From Elusimicrobiota bacterium (GTDB lineage: Bacteria; Elusimicrobiota; Elusimicrobia; UBA1565; UBA9628): a stretch of 64,000 nucleotides of DNA. The position numbers were made by a program, and so were the translations under genes. Under the pieces are notes generated by a model that was given only the letters and a program-made list of their open reading frames with translations, did not search any database and was not told the origin of the DNA. Location: assembly GCA_016218545.1 (NCBI GenBank), contig JACRDQ010000030.1:256172-320171 (forward strand). The letters run 5' to 3'. Below are positions 53,279 through 60,611 of this stretch, piece by piece. Each line of letters starts with the position of its first letter. Position 1 is the first letter of the stretch.

Positions 53279-54802
53279 ATGAAAGAGACAGCCGAGAAGA
53301 ACGGGACCGCCGGGGGCAAGGACGAGTACGCCCCTCCCAAAGGGTCGGTCACCTCGCACGCGTGCGTGCTGGCCGGCCGCGACCTCGAGTATGAGGCGCG
53401 CGCCGAGTGGCTGGTGCTCCGCAAGAAGGACAAGCCGCACGCCGAGATGTTCCACATCGCCTATCTGGAGAAGGGCAAGGAGCCCGGGGCCCGGCCCGTC
53501 ACTTTCGTCTTCAACGGGGGGCCGGGCGCCGCGTCCGCCTATCTGCACATGGGAGCCCTGGGCCCCTCCCGGGTCGTGTTCGAGCCCGCGGGCTCGGCGC
53601 CCAAGCCTCCGATGCGGCTCGTGCACAACGACGAGTCCTGGCTCGCCTTCACGGACCTGGTCTTCATCGACCCCATCGGCACGGGCTTCAGCAGGATGAT
53701 CGACGAGGAGGACCTCCCGAAGAAGGGGGGCGCCGAGAAGGACGGCAAGGCAGCGGAGGAGAAGCGCGACGAGAAGGAGTTCTACAAGCTCAACCGGGAC
53801 CTCGAGTCCCTGGGCGAGTTCGTCTCCAAGTTCCTCTCCAAGCACAAGAGATGGGAGTCCCCGGTCTTCGTGGCCGGGGAGAGCTACGGGGGCTTCCGCG
53901 CCGCCTGCATGGCCAAGCGCCTGCAGGAGGGCTTCGGCGTGGGCTTGAACGGGGTGGTCATCATCTCCCCTGCCATGGAGTTCACCCCGCTCAACCCCAG
54001 CGACTACGACCTCCAGGCCTGGATGGACGTCTTCCCCACCATGGCCGCGGCCGCGTCCCTGCACGGCAGGTCCAAGCGGTTCGGGCCGGACCTGGGCGCG
54101 GAGGAGGTCGCGAGGGCCGCGGAGGAGTTCGCCTCCTCGAGGATGTACCGCCTGCTCGCCCATGGAGACGCGCTGGCCGAGGACGAGAGCAAGGCGATCG
54201 TCCGCGAGATGTCCGAGATCATCGGCATCCCCGAGGACTACCTGAGGGACGCCTCCGGCAGGATCGCCCACTGGACGTTCTGCCGCAAGCTCTTGAAGGA
54301 CCGCAACCGGGTCTGCGGGCTCTACGACGCCTCCATCACCGCGGTCAACCCCTTCCCGGACCGCGAATGGGAGTTCGGCCCCGATCCGACCCTCTCCGGC
54401 ATCGAGAGGGTCTTCGCCGCCGGGATCAACACGCACCTGAGGAAGAACCTGGCGCTCGACTCGGAGCGCGACTACCATCTGCTCAGCGAGGAGGTCAGCA
54501 AGTCCTGGCAGGACGACCGCCAGCAGCACTTCTTCATGAGGCAGATCGGCGCGACCGACGAGCTCCGCTACGGCATGGCCCTCAACCCCCACATGAGGGT
54601 CTTCATCACGCACGGCTTCTACGACCTCGTGACCCCGTGCTGCTCCTCGAGCAGGCTGGTCCGCCAGATGCGGCTCGACGAGTCCCTGAGGGAGAACCTG
54701 ACCTTGAGGCACTTCAGGGGCGGCCACATGTTCTACACCTGGGAGGAGTCTCGCAAGGCCTTCAGGGCCGCCATGGCCGCCTTCTACGCTTCCGCGGTCT
54801 AG
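53279..54802 (+). CDS. Serine carboxypeptidase-like peptidase (family S10)
   Basis: FNGGPGAASAYLHMGALGP and the nucleophile motif FVAGESYGG, plus a C-terminal His context FRGGHMF. GGAGGA SD before ATG 53279. Confidence 0.7.
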   Translation: MKETAEKNGTAGGKDEYAPPKGSVTSHACVLAGRDLEYEARAEWLVLRKKDKPHAEMFHIAYLEKGKEPGARPVTFVFNGGPGAASAYLHMGALGPSRVVFEPAGSAPKPPMRLVHNDESWLAFTDLVFIDPIGTGFSRMIDEEDLPKKGGAEKDGKAAEEKRDEKEFYKLNRDLESLGEFVSKFLSKHKRWESPVFVAGESYGGFRAACMAKRLQEGFGVGLNGVVIISPAMEFTPLNPSDYDLQAWMDVFPTMAAAASLHGRSKRFGPDLGAEEVARAAEEFASSRMYRLLAHGDALAEDESKAIVREMSEIIGIPEDYLRDASGRIAHWTFCRKLLKDRNRVCGLYDASITAVNPFPDREWEFGPDPTLSGIERVFAAGINTHLRKNLALDSERDYHLLSEEVSKSWQDDRQQHFFMRQIGATDELRYGMALNPHMRVFITHGFYDLVTPCCSSSRLVRQMRLDESLRENLTLRHFRGGHMFYTWEESRKAFRAAMAAFYASAV

Positions 54803-54806
54803 CCTG

Positions 54807-54815
54807 TGGTAGAAT
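54807..54815 (+). promoter_or_regulatory. Candidate extended -10 (TGGTAGAAT) 11 nt upstream of mltA-like ATG
   Basis: The sequence reads ccTGTGGTAGAATagagttcggacATG, which implies a very short or absent leader and no SD. Confidence 0.35.
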
Positions 54816-54826
54816 AGAGTTCGGAC

Positions 54827-56104
54827 ATGCGCGCGCTCCTGCTCTGCCTTGCCGGCTTCCTGGCCGGACCTGCCCTGGCCGCCGAGTGGCCGCCCGAGGT
54901 CCCGGAGTGGGCCAGGCTGCGCGTGACGGCGCCCAAGGCCGCGGGCTCCGAGTGTCCGCCCGGCTCGCCGCGCCGCAGGCCGGTCCGGACCCTGTCCGAG
55001 GAGCCCTCCTTCGAGGTCAAGGAGCTCAAGCCCTGGGCCGAGGTGCCCCTGCCCCAAGACGACCTGGCCGCGTCCTCGGCGGTGGAGGCGGCGGAGAAGA
55101 CCCGCGCCTACTGGGCCGCCAGGCCCGGAGACGAGAAGGTCGCAGTGGGAGGCCTGACCTACACCGCGGCGCACATGGTCCGGAGCTTCTCTGCCCTGGC
55201 CGCGCTGCTCTCCCAGGGCCTGCCGGCCAAGGAGCTCAAGGCGCGGCTCGAGCGGGACTTCGACGTGTACCAGGCGGTCAAACCCGACGGCGGCCTCTCA
55301 GGCACCATGACCGCGTACTACGACCCGGAGATCCCCGTCTCAGGCGTGGGCCAGGCCGGCGTGCCCATCCACGCCAGGCCCGCGGACCTCGTCCGGGTGG
55401 ACCCTGCCTCGGGCCTGTCCTTCGACTGGGGCAGGCCCGACGGTCACGGCGGGCTCGCGCCTCACGCCTCGCGCAGGGAGGTCGACGCGGGCGCGCTCGC
55501 GGGCCAGGGGCTGGAGCTCTACTCCACGAGGCACCCGACCGACCTCCTCAACCTCCAGACCGAGGGCTCGGGCTGGGGCGTGCTCCCGGGCGGCCGCAGG
55601 GTCCGCCTGGCCTTCAACGGCGCCAACGGCCACGTGTTCAAGTCCGTGGGCAAGACCCTCATCGACTGCGGCCTCCTCCCGGCCGGCACCGGCTCCTTCG
55701 CCATCCTCGACTATCTCAAGTCCCAGACCCTCGAGCGGGAGCTGGAGCTCGTGGGCTTCAACCCGCGCTACGTCTACTTCAAGGAGGTCGCCTCGACCGG
55801 CGGGCCATGGGGCGCCACCGGAGTCGAGCTCGTGGCCGGCCGCTCCGTGGCCTCGGACCCCAAGCAGGTGCGCCTCGGCCTGGCCGGCATCCTCGTGTCC
55901 CGCAAGCCGGTCGCGGCCGAGGACGGGACCTTCCAGGGCTTCTCGGACTTCACGCGCTTCGTCTTCACCCACGACGTGGGCTCCGCCATCCGGGGCCCGG
56001 TCCGGCTCGACGTGTTCTGGGGCCGCGGGGCCAAGGCCGAGTCCGAGGCGCACCGCATGCTGTTCCCGGGCAAGCTCACCATCATCGTCCTCAAGCAGCG
56101 CTAG
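54827..56104 (+). CDS. mltA: Membrane-bound lytic murein transglycosylase A-like
   Basis: Signal peptide, an MltA-specific insert region, and a C-terminal 3D-domain-like motif FVFTHDVGSAIRGPVRLDVFWGRG. Confidence 0.7.
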   Translation: MRALLLCLAGFLAGPALAAEWPPEVPEWARLRVTAPKAAGSECPPGSPRRRPVRTLSEEPSFEVKELKPWAEVPLPQDDLAASSAVEAAEKTRAYWAARPGDEKVAVGGLTYTAAHMVRSFSALAALLSQGLPAKELKARLERDFDVYQAVKPDGGLSGTMTAYYDPEIPVSGVGQAGVPIHARPADLVRVDPASGLSFDWGRPDGHGGLAPHASRREVDAGALAGQGLELYSTRHPTDLLNLQTEGSGWGVLPGGRRVRLAFNGANGHVFKSVGKTLIDCGLLPAGTGSFAILDYLKSQTLERELELVGFNPRYVYFKEVASTGGPWGATGVELVAGRSVASDPKQVRLGLAGILVSRKPVAAEDGTFQGFSDFTRFVFTHDVGSAIRGPVRLDVFWGRGAKAESEAHRMLFPGKLTIIVLKQR

Positions 56105-56267
56105 CCTGGAATCCCCAGTTGGACGCGGGATTCGACGAAGGCTGCCGGGACATTTCTATGCAAAATCTCGCGACCGTAGCTACGGCTACGCTCGCGAGAT
56201 TTTGCGTCGACCTGTCCTCGGCATCCTTCGTCTCGGTCCACGCGCCAACTGGGGATTCCAGGCTAGC
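56100..56267. repeat. 168-bp nested inverted-repeat element (MITE-like or long structured hairpin) between convergent genes
   Basis: Perfect 23-nt terminal inverted repeats: GCTAGCCTGGAATCCCCAGTTGG (56100-56122) and its reverse complement (56245-56267). The arms pair imperfectly in between. An inner perfect 14-bp stem GCAAAATCTCGCGA (56160-56173 / 56192-56205) encloses a loop containing the palindrome CCGTAGCTACGG. GC content is locally lower. Confidence 0.75.
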
Positions 56268-56307
56268 CGAGGAGCGGCTCTTCACAAGAAGAGTCTGTGG
56301 ATAACTC

Positions 56308-56955
56308 CTAGGGCTGCTGCGGAGCGGGCACGGGCGCGGAGACCTTGCGCAGGATCTCGTCGGCCTCGCGGTGGCTGTCGCGGATGTCGCGCTCGACGTC
56401 CGCGGAGTACCGGGAGATGTCCCAGGCCTCCATGGAGAAGCCCGCGCGGCGGATGTCCCACTCGGCCCAGCGGGCCTCGCTGGCCAGCCAGCCGATCTCG
56501 CTCTCGGTCCAGGTGAAGGAGTCCGTGAAGCGGCGGGCCGATTGGATCTGCCCCGGATCGGGGCGGGCCTGCATGGCGAGGCGTTCTGCGTCCATGCGCA
56601 CGCGCTGGACCGCCCACTGCAGGTCCCGGAGGGCCCACACCGCGCGGTTGAGGTCGTTGCGGAAGAAGGGGTCGTTGTTCGGCTGGCCCGGCTGGATGCG
56701 CTGGGCGCGGCGGCGCAGGTCCTGCAGGTCGGACTTCAGGCGCTGGGCCGTCCACTGGAAGCCGCGCACGTCGGAGGCGAGGCGGTCGAGGTCATAGGCG
56801 GCCTGGAGGTTCTTCGCCTCGATGCGTTCGGCCTTGGCGGCGAGGATGTTCGCGCGCAGTCCGGTCAAGGCGGCCTCGAAGCCCGGCAGGGCCGGGACCA
56901 CGGCGGCATGGGCCGAGCAGGTCAGGGATACGAGCAGGGTAGCGACGAGCATCAT
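56308..56955 (-). CDS. Secreted Trp/Arg-rich helical hypothetical protein
   Basis: Signal peptide MMLVATLLVSLTCSAHA. Recurring W-containing helices (FQWTAQRLKSDL, VWALRDLQWAVQRV, GWLASEARWAEWDI). AAGGAGGA SD. The start overlaps the stop of the upstream REC-HK gene (ATGA). Confidence 0.6.
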   Translation of the reverse strand: MMLVATLLVSLTCSAHAAVVPALPGFEAALTGLRANILAAKAERIEAKNLQAAYDLDRLASDVRGFQWTAQRLKSDLQDLRRRAQRIQPGQPNNDPFFRNDLNRAVWALRDLQWAVQRVRMDAERLAMQARPDPGQIQSARRFTDSFTWTESEIGWLASEARWAEWDIRRAGFSMEAWDISRYSADVERDIRDSHREADEILRKVSAPVPAPQQP

Positions 56956-58145
56956 GGACGTCCTCCTTGGGGTAGGGCCGAGGGGCCCTCGGGGTCGGGC
57001 TGACGCGGAGCGGCCGGGACGGCCGCCGCCAGAGGGATCGTGAAGGAGAAGGTAGCACCCGCCCCGGGATGGGACTCCGCCCAGATGCGGCCGCCGTGCA
57101 GCTCGACGAGCGAGCGGCAGATGTTGAGGCCCAAGCCGAGGCCCTTGTTCTGCTGCCGGTCGGCGTCCTCCTGATAGAAGCGGTCGAAGACGTGCGGCAG
57201 GCCCTCGGGAGAGATGCCCTTTCCCGTGTCGCGCACCTGGAAGCGCGCGAAGGCGCCCTCGCGGCACAGCGAGATGGTCACCGAGCCGCCTTCGGGGGTG
57301 AACTTCATGGCGTTGCCCACGAGGTTGGCGAGGATCTGGTGGAGGCGGCCGTCGTCGGCCCGCACGGTCAGGCCTTCCCCGGCCCGGGCGTCGAGCTGCA
57401 GCTCGATGCCGCGGCGGCCGGCCTCGAGCTTGGAGTTCTCGAAGGCGTCGCGGACCGCGCGGGCCGCGGAGAGCTCGCCGCGGTCGAGCTCGACCTTGTG
57501 CTGCGCCAGCCGGGTGGACTCGAGGAGCTCCTCGAGGAGCACGGAGAGCCGCTCCGCGTTCCTGTTGATGGACTCGAGGTTGCGGCGGAGCTCCGCGGGG
57601 TTCTGGTCCTCGGCCTTCTGCCTCAGGAGGAAGGTGCTGTAGCCGTAGACCACGGTGAGGGGGTTCTTGAGCTCGTGCGAGGCGTCCTGGATGAGCTGGG
57701 TCTTGGCCTCGAGCTGGCGCTGGACCTTCTCGAGCATGGAGGTCTTCTGCAGCAGGGCCTTGTTGAGGCGGAAGTGCTCCATGCCGCGGCGGACGGCGGC
57801 GAGCATGGCCTCGGTGTGCACGGGTTTGTTGATGTAGTCGTAGACGCCCTCGCGCAGGGCCTCCATCGCGGAGTCCACCGAGCCGTGGGCCGTGACGATG
57901 AGGCCCACGGTCGTGGGGTCGGCCTTGCGCGCGGCCGCGAGCACGTCGAGGCCCGACATGTCCGGGAGGCGCAGGTCCGCGAGGACCATGCACAGGCGCG
58001 ATTGGGCGATGAGGCGGCAGGCCGCGGTCCCCGTCGAGGCGGAGAGGAGCTCGCAGCCTAGGGGCTTCAAGGCGGCGCGGAGGTACTTGAGGAACTCCTC
58101 ATCGTCGTCGACGATGAGCAGGGTCTCGGCTGAGTCGGCGTTCAT
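56952..58145 (-). CDS. Hybrid response regulator-histidine kinase (REC + HisKA + HATPase_c, no TM or sensor domain)
   Basis: REC domain: LLIVDDDEEFL...MVLADLRLPDMSG...LIVTAHG...DYINKP. H-box DASHELKNPLTVV, N-box LANLVGNAMKFT, G-boxes VRDTGKGI and GLGLGLNICR. Start at ATG 58145 (MNADSAE). Confidence 0.85.
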   Translation of the reverse strand: MNADSAETLLIVDDDEEFLKYLRAALKPLGCELLSASTGTAACRLIAQSRLCMVLADLRLPDMSGLDVLAAARKADPTTVGLIVTAHGSVDSAMEALREGVYDYINKPVHTEAMLAAVRRGMEHFRLNKALLQKTSMLEKVQRQLEAKTQLIQDASHELKNPLTVVYGYSTFLLRQKAEDQNPAELRRNLESINRNAERLSVLLEELLESTRLAQHKVELDRGELSAARAVRDAFENSKLEAGRRGIELQLDARAGEGLTVRADDGRLHQILANLVGNAMKFTPEGGSVTISLCREGAFARFQVRDTGKGISPEGLPHVFDRFYQEDADRQQNKGLGLGLNICRSLVELHGGRIWAESHPGAGATFSFTIPLAAAVPAAPRQPDPEGPSALPQGGRP

Positions 58146-58160
58146 CTTCAGCAGTAGTGT

Positions 58161-58222
58161 GGGTCCCCTGACCCTCCCGCGACAGGGCCCATGGGCCCAG
58201 GAGCGGGTGGGACTTTGGTCCC
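58161..58222 (-). promoter_or_regulatory. Three 14-nt palindromes GGGNC-N4-GNCCC phased at exactly 24 nt in the 5' UTR/operator region of the REC-HK gene
   Basis: GGGTCCCCTGACCC at 58161-58174, GGGCCCATGGGCCC at 58185-58198 and GGGACTTTGGTCCC at 58209-58222. Each can form a 5-bp stem with a 4-nt loop or act as a dyad-symmetric protein site. Confidence 0.5.
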
Positions 58223-58230
58223 AGGACCCC

Positions 58231-58239
58231 ATCTTACCA
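58231..58239 (-). promoter_or_regulatory. Candidate extended -10 (TGGTAAGAT on minus strand) for the REC-HK operon
   Basis: The minus strand reads gggataTGGTAAGATggggtcc. The predicted TSS lies just upstream of the first palindrome, giving a 5' UTR of about 80 nt. Confidence 0.35.
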
Positions 58240-58266
58240 TATCCCGGGGCCGATGTTGTATAATCA

Positions 58267-58291
58267 TCCGCCGCCTCGTCCCGGCGGCGGA
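58267..58291 (-). terminator. GC-rich hairpin immediately downstream of the GT9 gene stop (possible terminator)
   Basis: The 9-bp stem TCCGCCGCC / GGCGGCGGA has a 7-nt loop. It is followed on the minus strand by UGAUUAUACAACAU, which is U-containing but not a clean U-tract. Confidence 0.35.
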
Positions 58292-58293
58292 CG

Positions 58294-59331
58294 TCAGGCC
58301 GCGGGCGGGCGGAGGCCGTCGAGGACCGTCCGGAGCGCGGTGAAGGCGTCGTCGACGGAGACGCTCCGGCAGGAGTCCCAGGCCGCCGCGACCAGGCCCG
58401 TGTGCGCCGGCCCTCGCGGCCTCCAGACCTTGTCGGCGTAGCCGGAGTAGAACCCGAAGGTCGGGGTCCCGACGGCGGCGGCCAGGTGCATCGTCCCGGT
58501 GCAGTTGACGACGGCCAGGTCGAATCTGGCCAGCACGGCGGCCGTCACGCCGATGGGGCCGGGGGCGACGAGAGGGACGGCGGCGCCGGTCAGGGCGAGG
58601 ATCTCCCGGACCCGGGCCTCCTCGCCGGGGCCGGCGAGGAAGACGGGACGGACGTCAGGTTCTTTGAGCAGGCGACGGGTCAGGGCCGCGAACTTCTCCT
58701 CCGGCCAGCGGTGGTCGTATTTCTTGAAGTTGCCCGGATGGATGAGGACGTTGCGCTTGTCGGGCAGGACGCCGGCTTCCATCAGCAGCCAGCCGGCGGC
58801 CTTCTCGTGCTCGGGGCGCAGGACCAGCTCGGTCCGATCCTCGAAGACGCCGCCGAACGCCGAAGCGAGGCGGCGGTAGCGGTCGAGCATGTGCTCGGAC
58901 TCCCCGGCCGGGGCGACCTGCCGGGTGAAGGCGGCGTCGAGCCTTCCCTTGCGCAAGGAGAGCTTCTCGGTCGCCCGGGCGAGGAAGGCCAGGGCCGCCG
59001 AGGTCCTGGAGAAGGACGGGTTGAGGTCGATGAGCAGGTCCCAGCGCCGGCCCAGCAGGGAGGCGGCCAGCCGGGCCGTGGCGAGGGGACGGGCGAGGCC
59101 GCCGTGGACCGCGACCTCGTCGACGAAGGGGATGAGACGGGCTGTGTCGGCGCAGCGTTCGCCGACGACGAGCAGGATGCGGGCGCCCGGATGGGCCCGC
59201 CGGAGGGAGCGCAGGACGGGAGTCGAGATGATGAGGTCTCCCACCCTGCCGAGCCAGAGGGCCGCGGCGCTCCGGACTTGCGCCGAGGGCGCAGGGGCCG
59301 AGGCCCCCGAAGACGCGCCGATTCCGTGCAT
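58294..59331 (-). CDS. Glycosyltransferase family 9 (LPS heptosyltransferase-like)
   Basis: RVGDLIISTPVLRSLRRAHPGARILLVV... and C-terminal VNCTGTMHLAAAVGTPTFGFYSG are typical of GT9. Start placed at ATG 59331. Confidence 0.75.
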   Translation of the reverse strand: MHGIGASSGASAPAPSAQVRSAAALWLGRVGDLIISTPVLRSLRRAHPGARILLVVGERCADTARLIPFVDEVAVHGGLARPLATARLAASLLGRRWDLLIDLNPSFSRTSAALAFLARATEKLSLRKGRLDAAFTRQVAPAGESEHMLDRYRRLASAFGGVFEDRTELVLRPEHEKAAGWLLMEAGVLPDKRNVLIHPGNFKKYDHRWPEEKFAALTRRLLKEPDVRPVFLAGPGEEARVREILALTGAAVPLVAPGPIGVTAAVLARFDLAVVNCTGTMHLAAAVGTPTFGFYSGYADKVWRPRGPAHTGLVAAAWDSCRSVSVDDAFTALRTVLDGLRPPAA

Positions 59332-59347
59332 GGGGTGATTGTAACAA

Positions 59348-59911
59348 ATGATAACGACAGCTGAATTGAAGCCGGGGGTGGTCATCGAGGATGCGGGAGA
59401 GTGGCTGGAGGTCCTCCACGCGCAGCACCACCGCAAGTCCCAGGCCGCGGCCGTCTATCGCGCCACCCTGCGGAACCTCAACACCGGGGGCGTGGTGGAG
59501 CGGTCCTATTCCTCGGGCACCAAGTTCAAGGAGATCCCGGTCAACCGCCGGGAGAAGTCCTACATCTACGACGAGGGCGAGAACGGCGTGTTCATGGACC
59601 TCGAGACCTACGAGCAGGTGTCTTTCCCCAAGAAGAAGCTGGGAGAGCAGGCGCGCTTCCTCAAGGAGAACCTGCAGGTCCTGGGGGTCTACATCAACAA
59701 CGTGCTCGCCGCCATCGAGCTTCCGGCCAACGTGGTGCTCGTCGTGACCTCCACGGTCCCGGGCGTCAAGGGAGACTCGGTCTCGAACATGGTCAAGCCC
59801 GCGACCCTCGACACGGGCCTGGAGATCAACGTCCCGCTCTTCATCAAGGAGGGGGACAAGATCAGGGTGGACACCCGGACCTGCCAGTACGTCGAGAGGG
59901 TCAGAGAATAA
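59348..59911 (+). CDS. efp: Translation elongation factor P
   Basis: 187 aa with a three-domain EF-P pattern (MITTAELKPGVVIE..., ...GVFMDLETYEQV..., VKPATLDTGLEINVPLFIKEGDKIRVDTR). Confidence 0.9.
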   Translation: MITTAELKPGVVIEDAGEWLEVLHAQHHRKSQAAAVYRATLRNLNTGGVVERSYSSGTKFKEIPVNRREKSYIYDEGENGVFMDLETYEQVSFPKKKLGEQARFLKENLQVLGVYINNVLAAIELPANVVLVVTSTVPGVKGDSVSNMVKPATLDTGLEINVPLFIKEGDKIRVDTRTCQYVERVRE

Positions 59912-59915
59912 GGCC

Positions 59916-60611
59916 GTGATCAAGGCCGTCATCTTCGACGTCGACAACACGCTCACCGACTTCATGAAGACGAAGCGGGCGGCCGTGGATTCGGCCGTGG
60001 ACGCCATGATCGGCGCGGGCCTGCGGGTCGAGAAGGCCTCCATGGTCGAGAAGGTCTTCGAGATCTACTGGAAGGACGGGGTCGAGGACCAGCGCATCCT
60101 CGACAAGGTCCTCCTCAAGGAGCTCGGCCGCATCGACTACAAGATCCTCGCGGCCGGCATCCTCGGCTACCGCCGCGCCAAGTCGGGCTCCATGACCCTC
60201 TACCCCAAAGTCGAGATGACCTTGATCGAGCTCACGCGCATGGGCGTCCGGATGGGGGCCCTCTCGGACGCTCCGAGGCTGGAGGCCTGGCTGAGGGTGG
60301 TGGGCCTCGGCCTGCACCATTTCTTCGAGCACGTGGTGACCGCCGAGGACGCGGGCGCGCGCAAGCCCGCGCCCGAGCCCTTCCGCAAGGCCCTCGAGCT
60401 CCTGGGCTCCAAGCCCTCCGAGACCCTCATGGTCGGAGACTGGGCGGAGCGCGACGTGGCCGGGGCCAAGAGGCTGGGCATCCGCACCGCCTGGGCCAAG
60501 TACGGGGACACCCACGACACCCAGGACTCGGGGGCCGAGTTCGTGCTCCAGGACATCCACGGGCTCGTGGACATCATCCGCAGGGAGAACGGCGCCCGCG
60601 CCAAGGTATGA
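59916..60611 (+). CDS. HAD-superfamily hydrolase
   Basis: Motif I VIFDVDNTL, motif II ALSDAP, motif III/IV K...VGDWAERD. GTG start at 59916. Confidence 0.75.
   Translation: MIKAVIFDVDNTLTDFMKTKRAAVDSAVDAMIGAGLRVEKASMVEKVFEIYWKDGVEDQRILDKVLLKELGRIDYKILAAGILGYRRAKSGSMTLYPKVEMTLIELTRMGVRMGALSDAPRLEAWLRVVGLGLHHFFEHVVTAEDAGARKPAPEPFRKALELLGSKPSETLMVGDWAERDVAGAKRLGIRTAWAKYGDTHDTQDSGAEFVLQDIHGLVDIIRRENGARAKV

Noticed and set aside
53141-56304. 677-aa minus-strand ORF (53141..55174) and 965-aa plus-strand ORF (53407..56304)
   Set aside because: These are alternative frames over the S10 peptidase and mltA-like genes. Both are Arg/Gly/Pro-rich and lack motifs. The chosen frames carry GESYGG and the 3D-domain motif.
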